A DNA stretch of 64,000 nucleotides, taken from the NCBI GenBank assembly GCA_038065315.1, contig JBBTRF010000001.1, forward strand, positions 464,458-528,457, read 5' to 3'. This document shows, in pieces, positions 38,484 to 48,555 of this stretch. The position numbers were made by a program, and so were the translations under genes. This stretch comes from Patescibacteria group bacterium (GTDB lineage: Bacteria; Patescibacteriota; Minisyncoccia; Phycocordibacterales; JBBTRF01). Within the stretch, counting starts at the first letter, position 1, and each line of letters opens with the position of its first letter. The notes under the pieces were generated by a model. It did not search any database. It was not told the DNA's origin and saw only the letters and a list, made by a program, of their open reading frames with translations.

Positions 38484-39243
38484 TGGCAATCTTGGCAATA
38501 GCAATAAAGTCCGCAGGAACAAGACTTTCTCGGCCGATAAGCAGACCATCGACCTCTCCATCCTTTAAAATAGCCTGCGCATTCGATACATTCACCGAAC
38601 CGCCATACAAAATCGGCATTTTGGAAACCAATTCTGGAGTGTAGAGATCGGAAAGTACTTTTCGGATATAGATACTGGTTTCATGAATCTGTCCTGGAGA
38701 CATTGCGGCGCTAGCGCCAATCTCCCACACCGGCTCGTAGGCAATAACCAGCTTTTTCAGCTCTGCTGCCGAAACAGTGGCCAAAGAACGTGCGAGCTGA
38801 TCTTTCAGGAAGGCGAGATACTTTCCATGTGCGTCTCGTTCTGCTTCACCAACACACACAATCGCCACGAGGCCATTGCGAATCGCTAAAAGTGCTTTTT
38901 TGGCGACAATTTCGTCGGTTTCCCCTATTTTTCTGCGTTCGGAGTGGCCAACGACAGCATATTCAGCGCCACAAGAGGCTGCCTGCACTGCTGATATATC
39001 GCCAGTATGCGAACCGGCTTCCTCACTAGAGATATTCTGCACACCGATCGCGATATTCGTCCGGCCAATGATTGTCTTAACCTCTGGCACATACAAAAAA
39101 GGAGGACAAACAACCATTTTCGTCTTCGAAAGGCCCCTCGCTCCCTTCTTTATCTTCTTCGCAATATCTTTCGCCTCCGCCAACGTATCCGGATGCATCT
39201 TCCAGTTTCCAACAATCAGTGGCATCATTCGCTTCTTTTTCAT
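38470..39243 (-). CDS. tpiA: Triosephosphate isomerase
   Basis: GNWKM, GHSERR, AYEPVW, LYGGSV. Confidence 0.97.
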   Translation of the reverse strand: MKKKRMMPLIVGNWKMHPDTLAEAKDIAKKIKKGARGLSKTKMVVCPPFLYVPEVKTIIGRTNIAIGVQNISSEEAGSHTGDISAVQAASCGAEYAVVGHSERRKIGETDEIVAKKALLAIRNGLVAIVCVGEAERDAHGKYLAFLKDQLARSLATVSAAELKKLVIAYEPVWEIGASAAMSPGQIHETSIYIRKVLSDLYTPELVSKMPILYGGSVNVSNAQAILKDGEVDGLLIGRESLVPADFIAIAKIANELK

Positions 39244-39288
39244 CCCGACAGTATATCATTTCACCGCGTGCGTTGTTAGATAGTGTGT

Positions 39289-39398
39289 AGGACTAGGCGG
39301 GGGAAAGAAAAAGGGACTACGGAGCGCGACGGCGCGAGTCGGAGCAAAAAGCCACCAGGCTTTTATGCGTACCCTTTTTCTTTCCCCCGCCTCGTCCT
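39289..39398 (+). repeat. Structured intergenic element, copy E5 of 5
   Basis: AGGCGGGGGAAAGAAAAAGGG / CCCTTTTTCTTTCCCCCGCCT stem; GACG-loop and ACCA-loop hairpins; abuts the pilC stop. Confidence 0.8.
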
Positions 39399-40616
39399 CT
39401 ATATATTATCCAACAAAGAGTATGTTGGACTAATCATCGAAACCGCAAAAAACCCCACCGCACAACCAATCATCACCATGAGCAGTGGCTCAATAATCGT
39501 CGACATATCCTTGGTCTTCTGTTCCACCTCGCCTTCGTAGAAAGTGGCAATACCGAGCATCATTTCGGCCAATTGACCCGTCTCTTCCCCCACGCTGGTC
39601 ATTTCCCCCACAAAAGCGGGATACAAATGTTCATTTTCGATAAACACACTGGAGATCGGATCCCCTTTCTGCACATTCAAACGCGCCTTCTCGAGCACTT
39701 CTTTGTAAAATCCATTCTGCACCACATCACGAGTGATCTCCATCGCTGCCAAAAAAGAAACACCAGCAGACAGCAGCGAGGAAAGTGTTCGAGCGGTGCG
39801 CGCCGAGTTGGCCTCTTTCACCAACACACCAATGATCGGCAATTTCAACATGGTTCGCTCGATCATCTTCTTTCCAACAACACTGCGCTTGAACAAAATC
39901 AGTCCGGACACCACAGCGACGATCGCAGCGACAAATGCGAACGTATGATATCGCAAAAAGTCACTGGTTGAGACGATGAGTTGCGTACTCCACGGCAATT
40001 CCACATTCAGCTCCTTAAACGTATTAGTCAGCGTCGGCACCACGTAGATAAACATCAGCACACCGATCACCGCGATGAGACAGATTACGATCGCCGGATA
40101 GATAAGAGCACCGCGCAAGCGCTTTTGCAGCAAATAGCTCTTCTCCATTTGGCCGCTGAGGGTCTTCAACGAGCCCGCGAGATTGCCGGATTCTTCGCCG
40201 GAACGTACCATGGCGATAAAGAGTGGCGAAAACGCCTTTGGGAATGCGGCCATCGCCTCATTGAGTGTTTTTCCAGCTCGAATTTCGTTGTTGATCGTCG
40301 AAACAGTCTTTTTAAACTTGTCATTTCTCGACTGACGATCGATCACCGACAAAATACGTGAGAGAGTGAGTCCGGCTTCGAGCATCGAGCCCATATTGCG
40401 AGCAAACATGATCTTCTCACGCATGCTGATGCGGCCAAAGAGCTGTCGCACCTTCTCGTCGATCACCGAGTGCTTCTCCAAGGTCTCCTCGGCGCTCACC
40501 AACATGAGTCCGCGGTCCTTCAGATTGCGGGAGACGACAAAACGGTCCGGCGCGTCATTGGTACCGGTGGTAGTGACTCCATTCACATCGATCGCTTTGT
40601 ATGAAAAAAGTGGCAT
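39399..40616 (-). CDS. pilC: Type IV pilus/T2SS platform protein (PilC/GspF)
   Basis: GEESGNL, ALIYP, GEETGQL, IEP motifs. Confidence 0.93.
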   Translation of the reverse strand: MPLFSYKAIDVNGVTTTGTNDAPDRFVVSRNLKDRGLMLVSAEETLEKHSVIDEKVRQLFGRISMREKIMFARNMGSMLEAGLTLSRILSVIDRQSRNDKFKKTVSTINNEIRAGKTLNEAMAAFPKAFSPLFIAMVRSGEESGNLAGSLKTLSGQMEKSYLLQKRLRGALIYPAIVICLIAVIGVLMFIYVVPTLTNTFKELNVELPWSTQLIVSTSDFLRYHTFAFVAAIVAVVSGLILFKRSVVGKKMIERTMLKLPIIGVLVKEANSARTARTLSSLLSAGVSFLAAMEITRDVVQNGFYKEVLEKARLNVQKGDPISSVFIENEHLYPAFVGEMTSVGEETGQLAEMMLGIATFYEGEVEQKTKDMSTIIEPLLMVMIGCAVGFFAVSMISPTYSLLDNI

Positions 40617-40646
40617 GGTGTTTTTTACAGCAAAACCTATCTGCGA

Positions 40647-42401
40647 CTACTCCGAAATCACTCGCAAGACCTCTTCGATCGTCGTCATTCCCTCCACCGC
40701 TTTGAAAATACCGTCTTCAAGCATGGTCATCATGCCCTCTTTGCGCGCTTGAGCTTCGATCTCGGACGCGCTCTTCTCCTGCATCACCAATTCGCGGATG
40801 GTGTTCGTCACTTTGAGCACCTCATGGATGCCAAGACGACCATGGAAACCGTCTTCCGATTCCTTCGAGGCCTTTGGCTTGTAGAAAGGGATCTTTTCCC
40901 ACGTCGCGGCTTTGTCGATAATCTTTTCCTCCTTCAGCAACGCCAACACATGATCAAGGTCCACCTTTTTGCCGAGCGAATCGAGCTGGGCCTTGGTCAA
41001 AAAGTATTTTTCCTTCGCCTCGGTGAGTTTGCGGATGAGGCGTTGGCCAATGATGACATTCACGGTCGACACCACGAGGAATGGCTCGACCTTCATATCG
41101 AGCAATCGTGGAATGGCGCCAGAAGCGCTATTGGTGTGCAGCGTAGAGAGCACCAAGTGTCCAGTGAGCGAAGCGTTGATCGCCAAAGAAGCCGTTTCGT
41201 TGTCGCGAATTTCACCAACCATGATGATATCCGGATCTTGTCGCACCAAGGTACGCAGCCCGCTCGAAAAAGTGAAGCCGATCTCCGGTCGCACCTGGGT
41301 CTGGTTGATGCGCTTCATCTGATATTCGATCGGATCCTCAATCGTCGAAATATTCACGTCGGCAGTGTTCACAATGTCGAGCATGGTATAGAGTGTCGTC
41401 GTCTTTCCGGAACCAGTCGGACCAGAAGTGAGGATCATGCCTGTTGTCTGCTTGAGCGCCTGGTGCACAAACTCCAAGCCGCGACCATGGAAGCCCATTC
41501 CCTCGAGGGTAAAGCCGGAAACGCTCTCTCGGAGGAGTCGCATTACGGTCTTTTCGCCGTAGTAGGTTGGGAGCATGGACACACGGAAAGACACCCGCTC
41601 GTTATTGATATCCACCTTGAAACGGCCGTCCTGTGGCAGACGCTTCTCGTCGAGCTTTAGATTGGCAAGCACTTTGAGACGCGCCGTCACACTGCTAATG
41701 GCATTTTTCGGCAGCACCATGGCGTCGTGGAGCATGCCGTCGATGCGATAGCGCACGAGCATCTGCTCTTCCATCGGCTCAATGTGAATATCGGATGCAT
41801 TCTGCAAGATCGCGTGCTTCAAAAGGGTCTCGACGATACGCACCACTGGCAATTCCTCCGCCATCTTTTTCAAATCCCCTTCCGAAGCCGCGTCGCCACC
41901 CACTTGGTCGGCCAACGTCTTCAAACTTGCGGTGTCTTTTTGGATAATATCGCCGAATTCGGCCTTCAAGCTCTTTTGGTACTGCAACACGCCCGACTTT
42001 ATCGAGTCCGCATCCGTGAGACGCGCCAAAATCTTCAATTTCGTCTTCTTTTTGATGAAATCGATCGCCCCGAGGTCGTCGATATCGGTCATCGCCACCT
42101 CGAGCGAGTCCTCGCTCTTCTTGAAGGCGATCACATTGTGATTGCGAGCGATCGGCTCCGGAATCATCGACAGCACTTCGAAGTCAATCTTCTGGCCTTT
42201 TAGGTCGACGAAAGGAATACCGAGCACATATGCCTGCATTCGGCGCAAATCGTCTTCAGAAAGCTTGCCCGCGGTCACCAAAAGCTGGCCGACGCTGACG
42301 CCTTTCTCAGCGCCCTCGGTCTCCGCAACCTCAAAATCCTTTTTAGACACCAATCCGGAGTCGAGAATAAGCTCCTTGAGCTGTTTCGGTTCGATGAACA
42401 T
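40647..42401 (-). CDS. pilB: Type IV pilus assembly ATPase (PilB/GspE)
   Basis: ASDIHIEP, RLPQDGRF, GPTGSGKTTTLY, RQDPDIIMVGEIRD. Confidence 0.95.
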   Translation of the reverse strand: MFIEPKQLKELILDSGLVSKKDFEVAETEGAEKGVSVGQLLVTAGKLSEDDLRRMQAYVLGIPFVDLKGQKIDFEVLSMIPEPIARNHNVIAFKKSEDSLEVAMTDIDDLGAIDFIKKKTKLKILARLTDADSIKSGVLQYQKSLKAEFGDIIQKDTASLKTLADQVGGDAASEGDLKKMAEELPVVRIVETLLKHAILQNASDIHIEPMEEQMLVRYRIDGMLHDAMVLPKNAISSVTARLKVLANLKLDEKRLPQDGRFKVDINNERVSFRVSMLPTYYGEKTVMRLLRESVSGFTLEGMGFHGRGLEFVHQALKQTTGMILTSGPTGSGKTTTLYTMLDIVNTADVNISTIEDPIEYQMKRINQTQVRPEIGFTFSSGLRTLVRQDPDIIMVGEIRDNETASLAINASLTGHLVLSTLHTNSASGAIPRLLDMKVEPFLVVSTVNVIIGQRLIRKLTEAKEKYFLTKAQLDSLGKKVDLDHVLALLKEEKIIDKAATWEKIPFYKPKASKESEDGFHGRLGIHEVLKVTNTIRELVMQEKSASEIEAQARKEGMMTMLEDGIFKAVEGMTTIEEVLRVISE

Positions 42402-42481
42402 TGCTGTGTATTATATCATCGACGGGCGTGGTGCATATCCACACGAAATCAGATAAAATCGACTTAGTATATACTTTGCAT

Positions 42482-42680
42482 ATGTTAAAAAACATTCAAT
42501 CTAAGGTTGGGGAGGGATTGCAGTTCAGCAAGAAAGAAATTGGTGAACTTCTACGCACCATCCGTCAGGTGAAAAAAGGAGAAGGTGTCGCCGGCCCATT
42601 TAAAAATTCGAAGATGGTCTTAGACTACCTGCACAATGAGGGTTCTCATCGGCAATAGCTTCAAGAAATCGTGTGATTGA
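42482..42680 (+). pseudogene. Degenerate TA module: 58-aa antitoxin-like ORF (42482-42658) plus a 14-codon toxin-like stub (42636-42680)
   Basis: Leaderless start after TATACT; GPFKNSK..LDYL antitoxin-type tail; overlapping MRVLIGNSFKKSCD* resembles a RelE/YafQ N-terminus. Confidence 0.5.
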
Positions 42681-42688
42681 CCAGCACA

Positions 42689-42757
42689 TTGACCTCCCTC
42701 CCCATTTCCGCTATAGTATAGGGGTCTAAGTTCGCCTCCCGGCGGGCTTTATTTTTT
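42689..42757 (+). promoter_or_regulatory. nusA promoter and leader terminator/attenuator
   Basis: TTGACC...TATAGT, then AAGTTCGCC-TCCC-GGCGGGCTT-TATTTTTT upstream of nusA, as in known nusA/rimP leaders. Confidence 0.65.
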
Positions 42758-42821
42758 AACAGCGCGGCAGCGCCGACAAGACACGGCCTTTCCGCACCAT
42801 TATTCGCCCAACAACAAAGAT

Positions 42822-43994
42822 ATGTTCGACTTAAAAGTAATCAACTCGGTCCTCGCCCAGCTCGAAGAAGAGCGCGGCATTCCGAAGGAAAAGATCATCG
42901 AGGCCATCGAAATGGCCCTCGCGACTGCGTACAAAAAAGAGTACGGCAAGAAAGGCCAGATCGTCCGAGCGAAATTCGACCTCAACACCGGCAAAACTGA
43001 GTTCTCTCAGGTGAAGGTGGTGGTGGACGATACACGTGTGATTATCGAAGATCCTGCGACGACCGAGAATGCCGCAGACATTGACGAGACCACCGACGGC
43101 GTAGTGGATGAGCGTGCCCGATTCAACCCGGAGCACCACATCATGATCGAAGACGCGCAGAAGATGCGCAAGGGTGTCGCCCTCGATGATGAAGTGGTCT
43201 TCCCTCTTGATGCAAAGGATGACTACGGCCGCATCGCTGCTCAAACAGCGAAGCAGGTGATCATCCAGAAGATCCGCGAGGCAGAAAAAGAGTCTGTGCT
43301 CCGAGAATACGGCAAGCGCCAGGGAGAAGTGATCTCCGGCACCGTGCAGCGTATTGAACGAGGCAATATCTTTGTTGATTTGGGACGAACAGTGGCGATC
43401 TTGCCATACGAAGAGCAGATTCCGGGAGAGCGATACAAGCAGGGAGAGCGCGTGCGAGGCTATCTCGCCTCGGTAGAGGACGGCGCAAAGGGTGTCTTTT
43501 TGCGAATGTCTCGAGCGCATCCAAAATTCCTCGAGAAGTTGTTTGCGGTGGAAGCGCCTGAAATTGCTTCCGGCACTGTAGAAATCAAGGCGATTGCCCG
43601 TGAAGCGGGTTCTCGTTCGAAGGTTGCGGTCATGTCTCACGACAGTCACATCGACCCTATCGGTTCAATGGTGGGCCAGCGAGGTGTGCGAGTGAACACT
43701 GTCACCAGCGAGCTCGGCGGTGAGAAAATTGATATTATTGAATGGTCAGCAGAAGCGAAGAAGTTTATTGAGGATGCCCTCTCTCCTGCCAAGGTGGTGA
43801 GTGTCACTCTAGACGAGCGCGACACCAAGGCTGTCGTGAAGGTAGCGGAGGATCAGCAGTCATTAGCGATCGGCAAGGGCGGACAAAATGTCCGACTCGC
43901 TGCAAAGCTCACTGGCTGGAAGATCGACATTCAGTCAGACGGTCCGGCGAAGCCAGCGGAAGGTGAAGGCGCAGCAGTTGCGGAGGAGAAGTAA
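42822..43994 (+). CDS. nusA: Transcription termination factor NusA
   Basis: GRIAAQTAKQ, AREAGSRSK, AIGKGGQNVRLAAKLTGWKIDI. Confidence 0.98.
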   Translation: MFDLKVINSVLAQLEEERGIPKEKIIEAIEMALATAYKKEYGKKGQIVRAKFDLNTGKTEFSQVKVVVDDTRVIIEDPATTENAADIDETTDGVVDERARFNPEHHIMIEDAQKMRKGVALDDEVVFPLDAKDDYGRIAAQTAKQVIIQKIREAEKESVLREYGKRQGEVISGTVQRIERGNIFVDLGRTVAILPYEEQIPGERYKQGERVRGYLASVEDGAKGVFLRMSRAHPKFLEKLFAVEAPEIASGTVEIKAIAREAGSRSKVAVMSHDSHIDPIGSMVGQRGVRVNTVTSELGGEKIDIIEWSAEAKKFIEDALSPAKVVSVTLDERDTKAVVKVAEDQQSLAIGKGGQNVRLAAKLTGWKIDIQSDGPAKPAEGEGAAVAEEK

Positions 43995-44021
43995 TTATTA
44001 AAAAACAATAATCACAAACCC

Positions 44022-44570
44022 ATGAGCATGAATTTGTGGCATGACATCGAGCCGGGCAGCGTCGAGTCGATCAACACGATCGTCGAGATCAACCGCGGTT
44101 CGAAAAATAAATATGAGATCGACAAAGCGACTGGCCTCATCGCCCTCGACCGCGTCTCTCACACTGCGCAGGACTTTCCTTTCGACTATGGCTTCGTCCC
44201 TCGCACCCTGTGGGAAGACGGCGACGCGCTCGACGTGATCGTCCTCACGACCCACCCTCTGTTCCCCGGCCTTTTGGTCCGAGTGCGGCCGGTAGCAGTG
44301 ATGGAAATGATCGATGGCGGCGACTCAGACGCGAAACTCATCGCTGTCCCGGTAGACGACCCACGCTGGGCCAATGTGAAGGATCTGAAGGATGTGAACC
44401 CTCACACCCTCAAAGAGATCGAGCATTTCTACTCGACCTACAAGCAGCTCCAGAAGAAAGAGGTGAAAGTCCTCGGTTTCAAGGGCCGAAGCGACGCGGA
44501 GAAGGCGTTTGCGCGAGGTATTGAGATCTACAACGCCAAGTTTGGGACCCCGAAGGCCAAGAAAGCTTAA
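44022..44570 (+). CDS. ppa: Inorganic pyrophosphatase
   Basis: KNKYEID, YGFVPRT, DGDALDV, DSDAK. Confidence 0.96.
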   Translation: MSMNLWHDIEPGSVESINTIVEINRGSKNKYEIDKATGLIALDRVSHTAQDFPFDYGFVPRTLWEDGDALDVIVLTTHPLFPGLLVRVRPVAVMEMIDGGDSDAKLIAVPVDDPRWANVKDLKDVNPHTLKEIEHFYSTYKQLQKKEVKVLGFKGRSDAEKAFARGIEIYNAKFGTPKAKKA

Positions 44571-44717
44571 AAGGGTGCTTAGGCGTGTCGGAGGTGGATA
44601 AGTCGGTTTGAAGCGAAAATGGCCCTGTTGATGGCTTTTTTCGTGCTTTTTGGCCGCTAAAACCCTCCAAAAGCTCGATTTTCTGCCCGAAATATGCTAT
44701 AGTATCTACCTACCCAT

Positions 44718-45350
44718 ATGAACACAAAACCAACAACAACTGCCGCCAAAGTAGTTTCTGCCGGGATTGCGCTCACCCTTCTCCTTTCGGCTACCACTGC
44801 TTTTGCGCAGAGCACCTCAGCATCTGCTACTACGGCCCAAAATCAGCCTTTTTCCAACAAATTAGCTCTTTTTGAGGGATTTTCCTCTTGGTTCAGCCAG
44901 CTCAAAAGGAACATGTCACCGGCTCCAGCCCCTACCCCAAGCGTCTTCATTGCCCCTGCAGCAACAGACCCAGACGAAGATCCTCTCAAAAACATTCGCC
45001 ACGGCCAGAACATCCTCAACCGACTCCAAGACAAACACGACGATTTGAAGACGGTAGCAGACCAACTCAGCAAGCAGGTGGACGATTTTACCGCGCGAGG
45101 CTTTGACACTTCGAAGGTAAAGGTGTTTACTGACCTCGCCCAGGACAAATTGGCAGTGGCCGGGTACGATATCAAGATCGCCGCATCAGCTATGGTGACG
45201 ATCGCGGAAGACGAACAGTCAACCAACGAAGACATTCGTATCACCCTGAAGGCCGCAGACGAAAGCGTCCGCACTGCCAGCCAAACAGTGGCGACAGCGA
45301 AGACCAAGGTTCGCGACTTTTCTTTGAAGGTTCGCAAGGAGGCGCGGTAA
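44718..45350 (+). CDS. Secreted helical hypothetical protein
   Basis: Signal peptide ending AFA-Q; coiled-coil-like body. Confidence 0.7.
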   Translation: MNTKPTTTAAKVVSAGIALTLLLSATTAFAQSTSASATTAQNQPFSNKLALFEGFSSWFSQLKRNMSPAPAPTPSVFIAPAATDPDEDPLKNIRHGQNILNRLQDKHDDLKTVADQLSKQVDDFTARGFDTSKVKVFTDLAQDKLAVAGYDIKIAASAMVTIAEDEQSTNEDIRITLKAADESVRTASQTVATAKTKVRDFSLKVRKEAR

Positions 45351-45404
45351 GCAGCGCAGCGTCGAGCAGTGCCGATTCAATTTAATTCATTTTTTCTTTT
45401 TTCA

Positions 45405-46481
45405 ATGAGCAACACCACCCACACCCATGGCCACAGCCACGGGGAGCATCCGCGACATTACTCGAACATCAAGACCAAGAAGATTGCTGGGTCTCAAGTA
45501 GAGATCACCGGAGAGATCAGTGCCGCGGAGATGAAGCGCGCTTTTAAAGAATCGTTGAAGGCGTTTTCTGAACAGGCTTCTGTACCCGGCTTTCGAAAAG
45601 GTCATGTTCCTGAGGATGTCATTTTGAATAAAATGGGCGAGATGGCCGTGCTCGAGCATGCTGCCGAGGGTGTGTTGTCGCATGAATACATGCATATTGT
45701 CGTCGACCACAAAATCGAAGCGATCAGCCGCCCACAGATCGAGCTCACCAAGATCGCGAAGGATGCGCCGCTGGAATTTAAGATCACGGTTGCTGTCTTC
45801 CCCGAGGTGAAGATGCCAGACTACAAGAAGATCGCAAAGACCGAGATGAAAAAGGAGGAGAAGATCGAGATCACCGACAAGGAATTCGACGGCGCGATCG
45901 ACGAGATCCACAAGACATACGGAAAGAAGGAGGGTGCAGAAGGGGACGCGAAAGACGCTGCTCTCGCCCCGCTCGATAACGCACTCGTGCAGACTCTCGG
46001 CGATTTCAAAGACCTCGCTGATTTCAAGAAAAAAGTGAAGGAAAATATGCTCAAGGAGAAGGAGTATCGAGCAAAGGAAAAGAAGCGTCTCCAAATCGGC
46101 GAAAATATCGTCGCAGAAATGAAGGCGGAGCTGCCGGAAGTGCTCGTCTCAAGCGAGCTCGCAAAGATGTGGGGCGAATTTGAACACAACATCTCCCGCA
46201 TGGGTCTGAAGATCGAGGATTATTTGAAACATATCAAAAAGACTCGCGAGGAACTCAACAAAGAGTGGCGAAAGGACGCGGAGAAGCGCGTGAGCCTGCA
46301 GATCGCCCTCAACCGCATCGTCAGTGAAGAAAAGCTCTTGCCAAGCGACGCCGAAGTGACTACGGAAGTTGAAAAGATTCTCGCCGAACACAAAGATGCC
46401 GACGCCGAACGCGCTCGCGCCTACGTGGAAATGGTCCTGGGCAACGAAAAGGCGTTTCGCTTTTTGGAGGAGCAGAAGTAA
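45405..46481 (+). CDS. tig: Trigger factor (PPIase domain apparently absent)
   Basis: VPGFRKGHVP ribosome-binding signature; only 358 aa. Confidence 0.92.
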   Translation: MSNTTHTHGHSHGEHPRHYSNIKTKKIAGSQVEITGEISAAEMKRAFKESLKAFSEQASVPGFRKGHVPEDVILNKMGEMAVLEHAAEGVLSHEYMHIVVDHKIEAISRPQIELTKIAKDAPLEFKITVAVFPEVKMPDYKKIAKTEMKKEEKIEITDKEFDGAIDEIHKTYGKKEGAEGDAKDAALAPLDNALVQTLGDFKDLADFKKKVKENMLKEKEYRAKEKKRLQIGENIVAEMKAELPEVLVSSELAKMWGEFEHNISRMGLKIEDYLKHIKKTREELNKEWRKDAEKRVSLQIALNRIVSEEKLLPSDAEVTTEVEKILAEHKDADAERARAYVEMVLGNEKAFRFLEEQK

Positions 46482-46508
46482 CTATACTTTTTGTTGTATA
46501 ATGACGAC

Positions 46509-46904
46509 ATGAAACGAACTACTTACTACATCTTGTCTGGCATTCTTTTGGGTGTCGCGACGGATTTTCCTTTAGGATTATTATTTATGTCGTGCGGACT
46601 AGGAGGCGGTTGCCCAAATGTAGTCAATCTGGCCACCTTGATAATGCTATGGCTATCGCCAATAATAGGTGGTGTTATTGGGTTTTTTATCGCTCATAGA
46701 AATCCACAAGGTACCCCGTCCTCAGATATGGAACAGAAAATAGGTGAGGGTGTTATCGCTGAGCATGACAGAAAACCAAAGAAGGTGTTATTTTTTTCCA
46801 GCCTGCCCGTTATCATTATTCTAGCTTGGTATGTATTTGGCACGATACTATCTATCATCATTTTTCTAGCTTGGTATCTGTTTGTCATGCGAAAAACTAA
46901 ATAG
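46509..46904 (+). CDS. Hypothetical membrane protein
   Basis: Several hydrophobic segments; leaderless start after TATAAT; AT-rich. Confidence 0.6.
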   Translation: MKRTTYYILSGILLGVATDFPLGLLFMSCGLGGGCPNVVNLATLIMLWLSPIIGGVIGFFIAHRNPQGTPSSDMEQKIGEGVIAEHDRKPKKVLFFSSLPVIIILAWYVFGTILSIIIFLAWYLFVMRKTK

Positions 46905-46931
46905 CTAGCCGCTACCGAGAGCACTTTGCAC

Positions 46932-47690
46932 CTACCCCATCACCACTAACGCTGCCGCCACGATTGCTGCTGTCTCTGTGCGCAGCACCTGCGAGCCGAC
47001 GGTCACAATCTGCGCACCTTTCTCGCGAAACAACCCGAGCTCTCGATCGGTCCAGCCGCCTTCGGGACCAACAAGAATACCGAGGCCTCCACGCTTCCCT
47101 GCTTTTGCCGCTTGGCCGAAAAGCTCGCCTCGCAACTCCACTGACCACTGCTTACCCGTGAGATGAAAAGCGACAAATTCTGTATCGGCGCTGTATTTTT
47201 CAAACAATTCATCAATCGGACAGATCGCCGCAAGCGTCGGCACCGTAGTGCGCTCCGATTGCTCGGAAGCCTCGACAAGAATCTTCTGGCAGCGCTCTTC
47301 GTTGATCGCCAGCTTCTCCGAACGGTCCGACAGCACGGGCACAAAACCGCTCACACCGATCTCGGTCCCCTTTTCAAGCACATATTCGAATTTATCTTTT
47401 TTTGGAAGCGATTGAAAGAGGGTCACGGGCATCTGGCGTGCCGCTTCTTTGACTTTCTGTGGCTCGTGTTTCTCGAGCACGCGGAACACCCCCTCGGTTT
47501 TCTCAAGAGAAACGATTTCTGCCGTGTATTGAAAGCCAGTATTGTCGAGCAGCATCACCGAATCACCCGCATGCAGGCGAAAGACGCGCTTGAGCTGGTG
47601 AACGAGAGCCTCGTCGTGTAGGTGTACCTCGCGGCGGTCGCCGATCGGCTCATTCAGCAACTTGTGGATGAAAAAACGCTGGAGTTTCAT
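46932..47690 (-). CDS. rsmE: 16S rRNA m3U1498 methyltransferase
   Basis: EKGTEIGV, EASEQSER, VGPEGGW, LRTETA. Confidence 0.95.
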   Translation of the reverse strand: MKLQRFFIHKLLNEPIGDRREVHLHDEALVHQLKRVFRLHAGDSVMLLDNTGFQYTAEIVSLEKTEGVFRVLEKHEPQKVKEAARQMPVTLFQSLPKKDKFEYVLEKGTEIGVSGFVPVLSDRSEKLAINEERCQKILVEASEQSERTTVPTLAAICPIDELFEKYSADTEFVAFHLTGKQWSVELRGELFGQAAKAGKRGGLGILVGPEGGWTDRELGLFREKGAQIVTVGSQVLRTETAAIVAAALVVMG

Positions 47691-47790
47691 GGGTGTTGGA
47701 TGTTTCGTGTTTAGTGTATGGCAAAGCGCGTGAAAAAGAAAGCGCCGCCCGAAAGTTGCGAAATATCCCCGTTTTCATTATAGTAGGCAC

Positions 47791-48372
47791 ATGTTAATCC
47801 CAACCGTTATCGAAAAGTCGCAGTTTGGCGAGCGAGCGTATGATATCTATTCGCGCCTGCTTCGTGATCGCATCATCTTCCTCGGCGGCCCAGTGGACGA
47901 CCACATGGCCAACATCATCATCGCCCAACTCCTTTTCCTCGAATCTGAGGATGCCAAGAAGGATATTTTTCTCTACGTAAACTCTCCGGGCGGCTCTGTG
48001 TCGGCCGGCCTCGCGATCATCGACACGATGCGACACATCAAGCCGGACATCTCGACTGTCGGCGTCGGCATCGCGGCTTCTATGGGCGCAATGATCCTCT
48101 CTTGCGGCAAAAAAGGCAAGCGTATGATCCTGCCAAACGCCGAAGTGATGATCCATCAGCCATCGGGCGGCACCGAGGGTATGGCTTCGGACATCGAGAT
48201 TTCCGCGAAGCATATTTTGAAGACCCGAGAGAACCTCAACAAAATGCTTTCCAAAAACACTGGCCAGTCTTTGGCTCAGATCGAAAAGGATGTCGATCGC
48301 GATTTCTTTATGTCAGCCGAGGAAGCAAAAAAGTACGGCATCGTCGACAAAGTCTTGCCAGCGAAAGAATAG
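47791..48372 (+). CDS. clpP: ATP-dependent Clp protease proteolytic subunit
   Basis: DIYSRLL, NSPGGSV, AASMG, MIHQP. Confidence 0.98.
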   Translation: MLIPTVIEKSQFGERAYDIYSRLLRDRIIFLGGPVDDHMANIIIAQLLFLESEDAKKDIFLYVNSPGGSVSAGLAIIDTMRHIKPDISTVGVGIAASMGAMILSCGKKGKRMILPNAEVMIHQPSGGTEGMASDIEISAKHILKTRENLNKMLSKNTGQSLAQIEKDVDRDFFMSAEEAKKYGIVDKVLPAKE

Positions 48373-48555
48373 TGTTATACTATGACCTCGTTCCCTTTTA
48401 ATTGTTAATTCGCTTCCTTCGGACAGCCGACACGATAGACACGACCGACTTCCCGCTCTCCAGACACGCTTCGCACACCCATTTCCTGAACCCCACCATT
48501 CGATAAAAGTCACCTCACCTCCATCGCAGACACTGTTCGGAAAAGCCGCTAAAAT

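Noticed and set aside
5229-39398. E1-E5 as CRISPR repeats or integron attC sites
   Set aside because: Dispersed rather than arrayed, no cas genes, no consistent RYYYAAC/GTTRRRY ends, and the only recombinase visible looks like housekeeping Xer.
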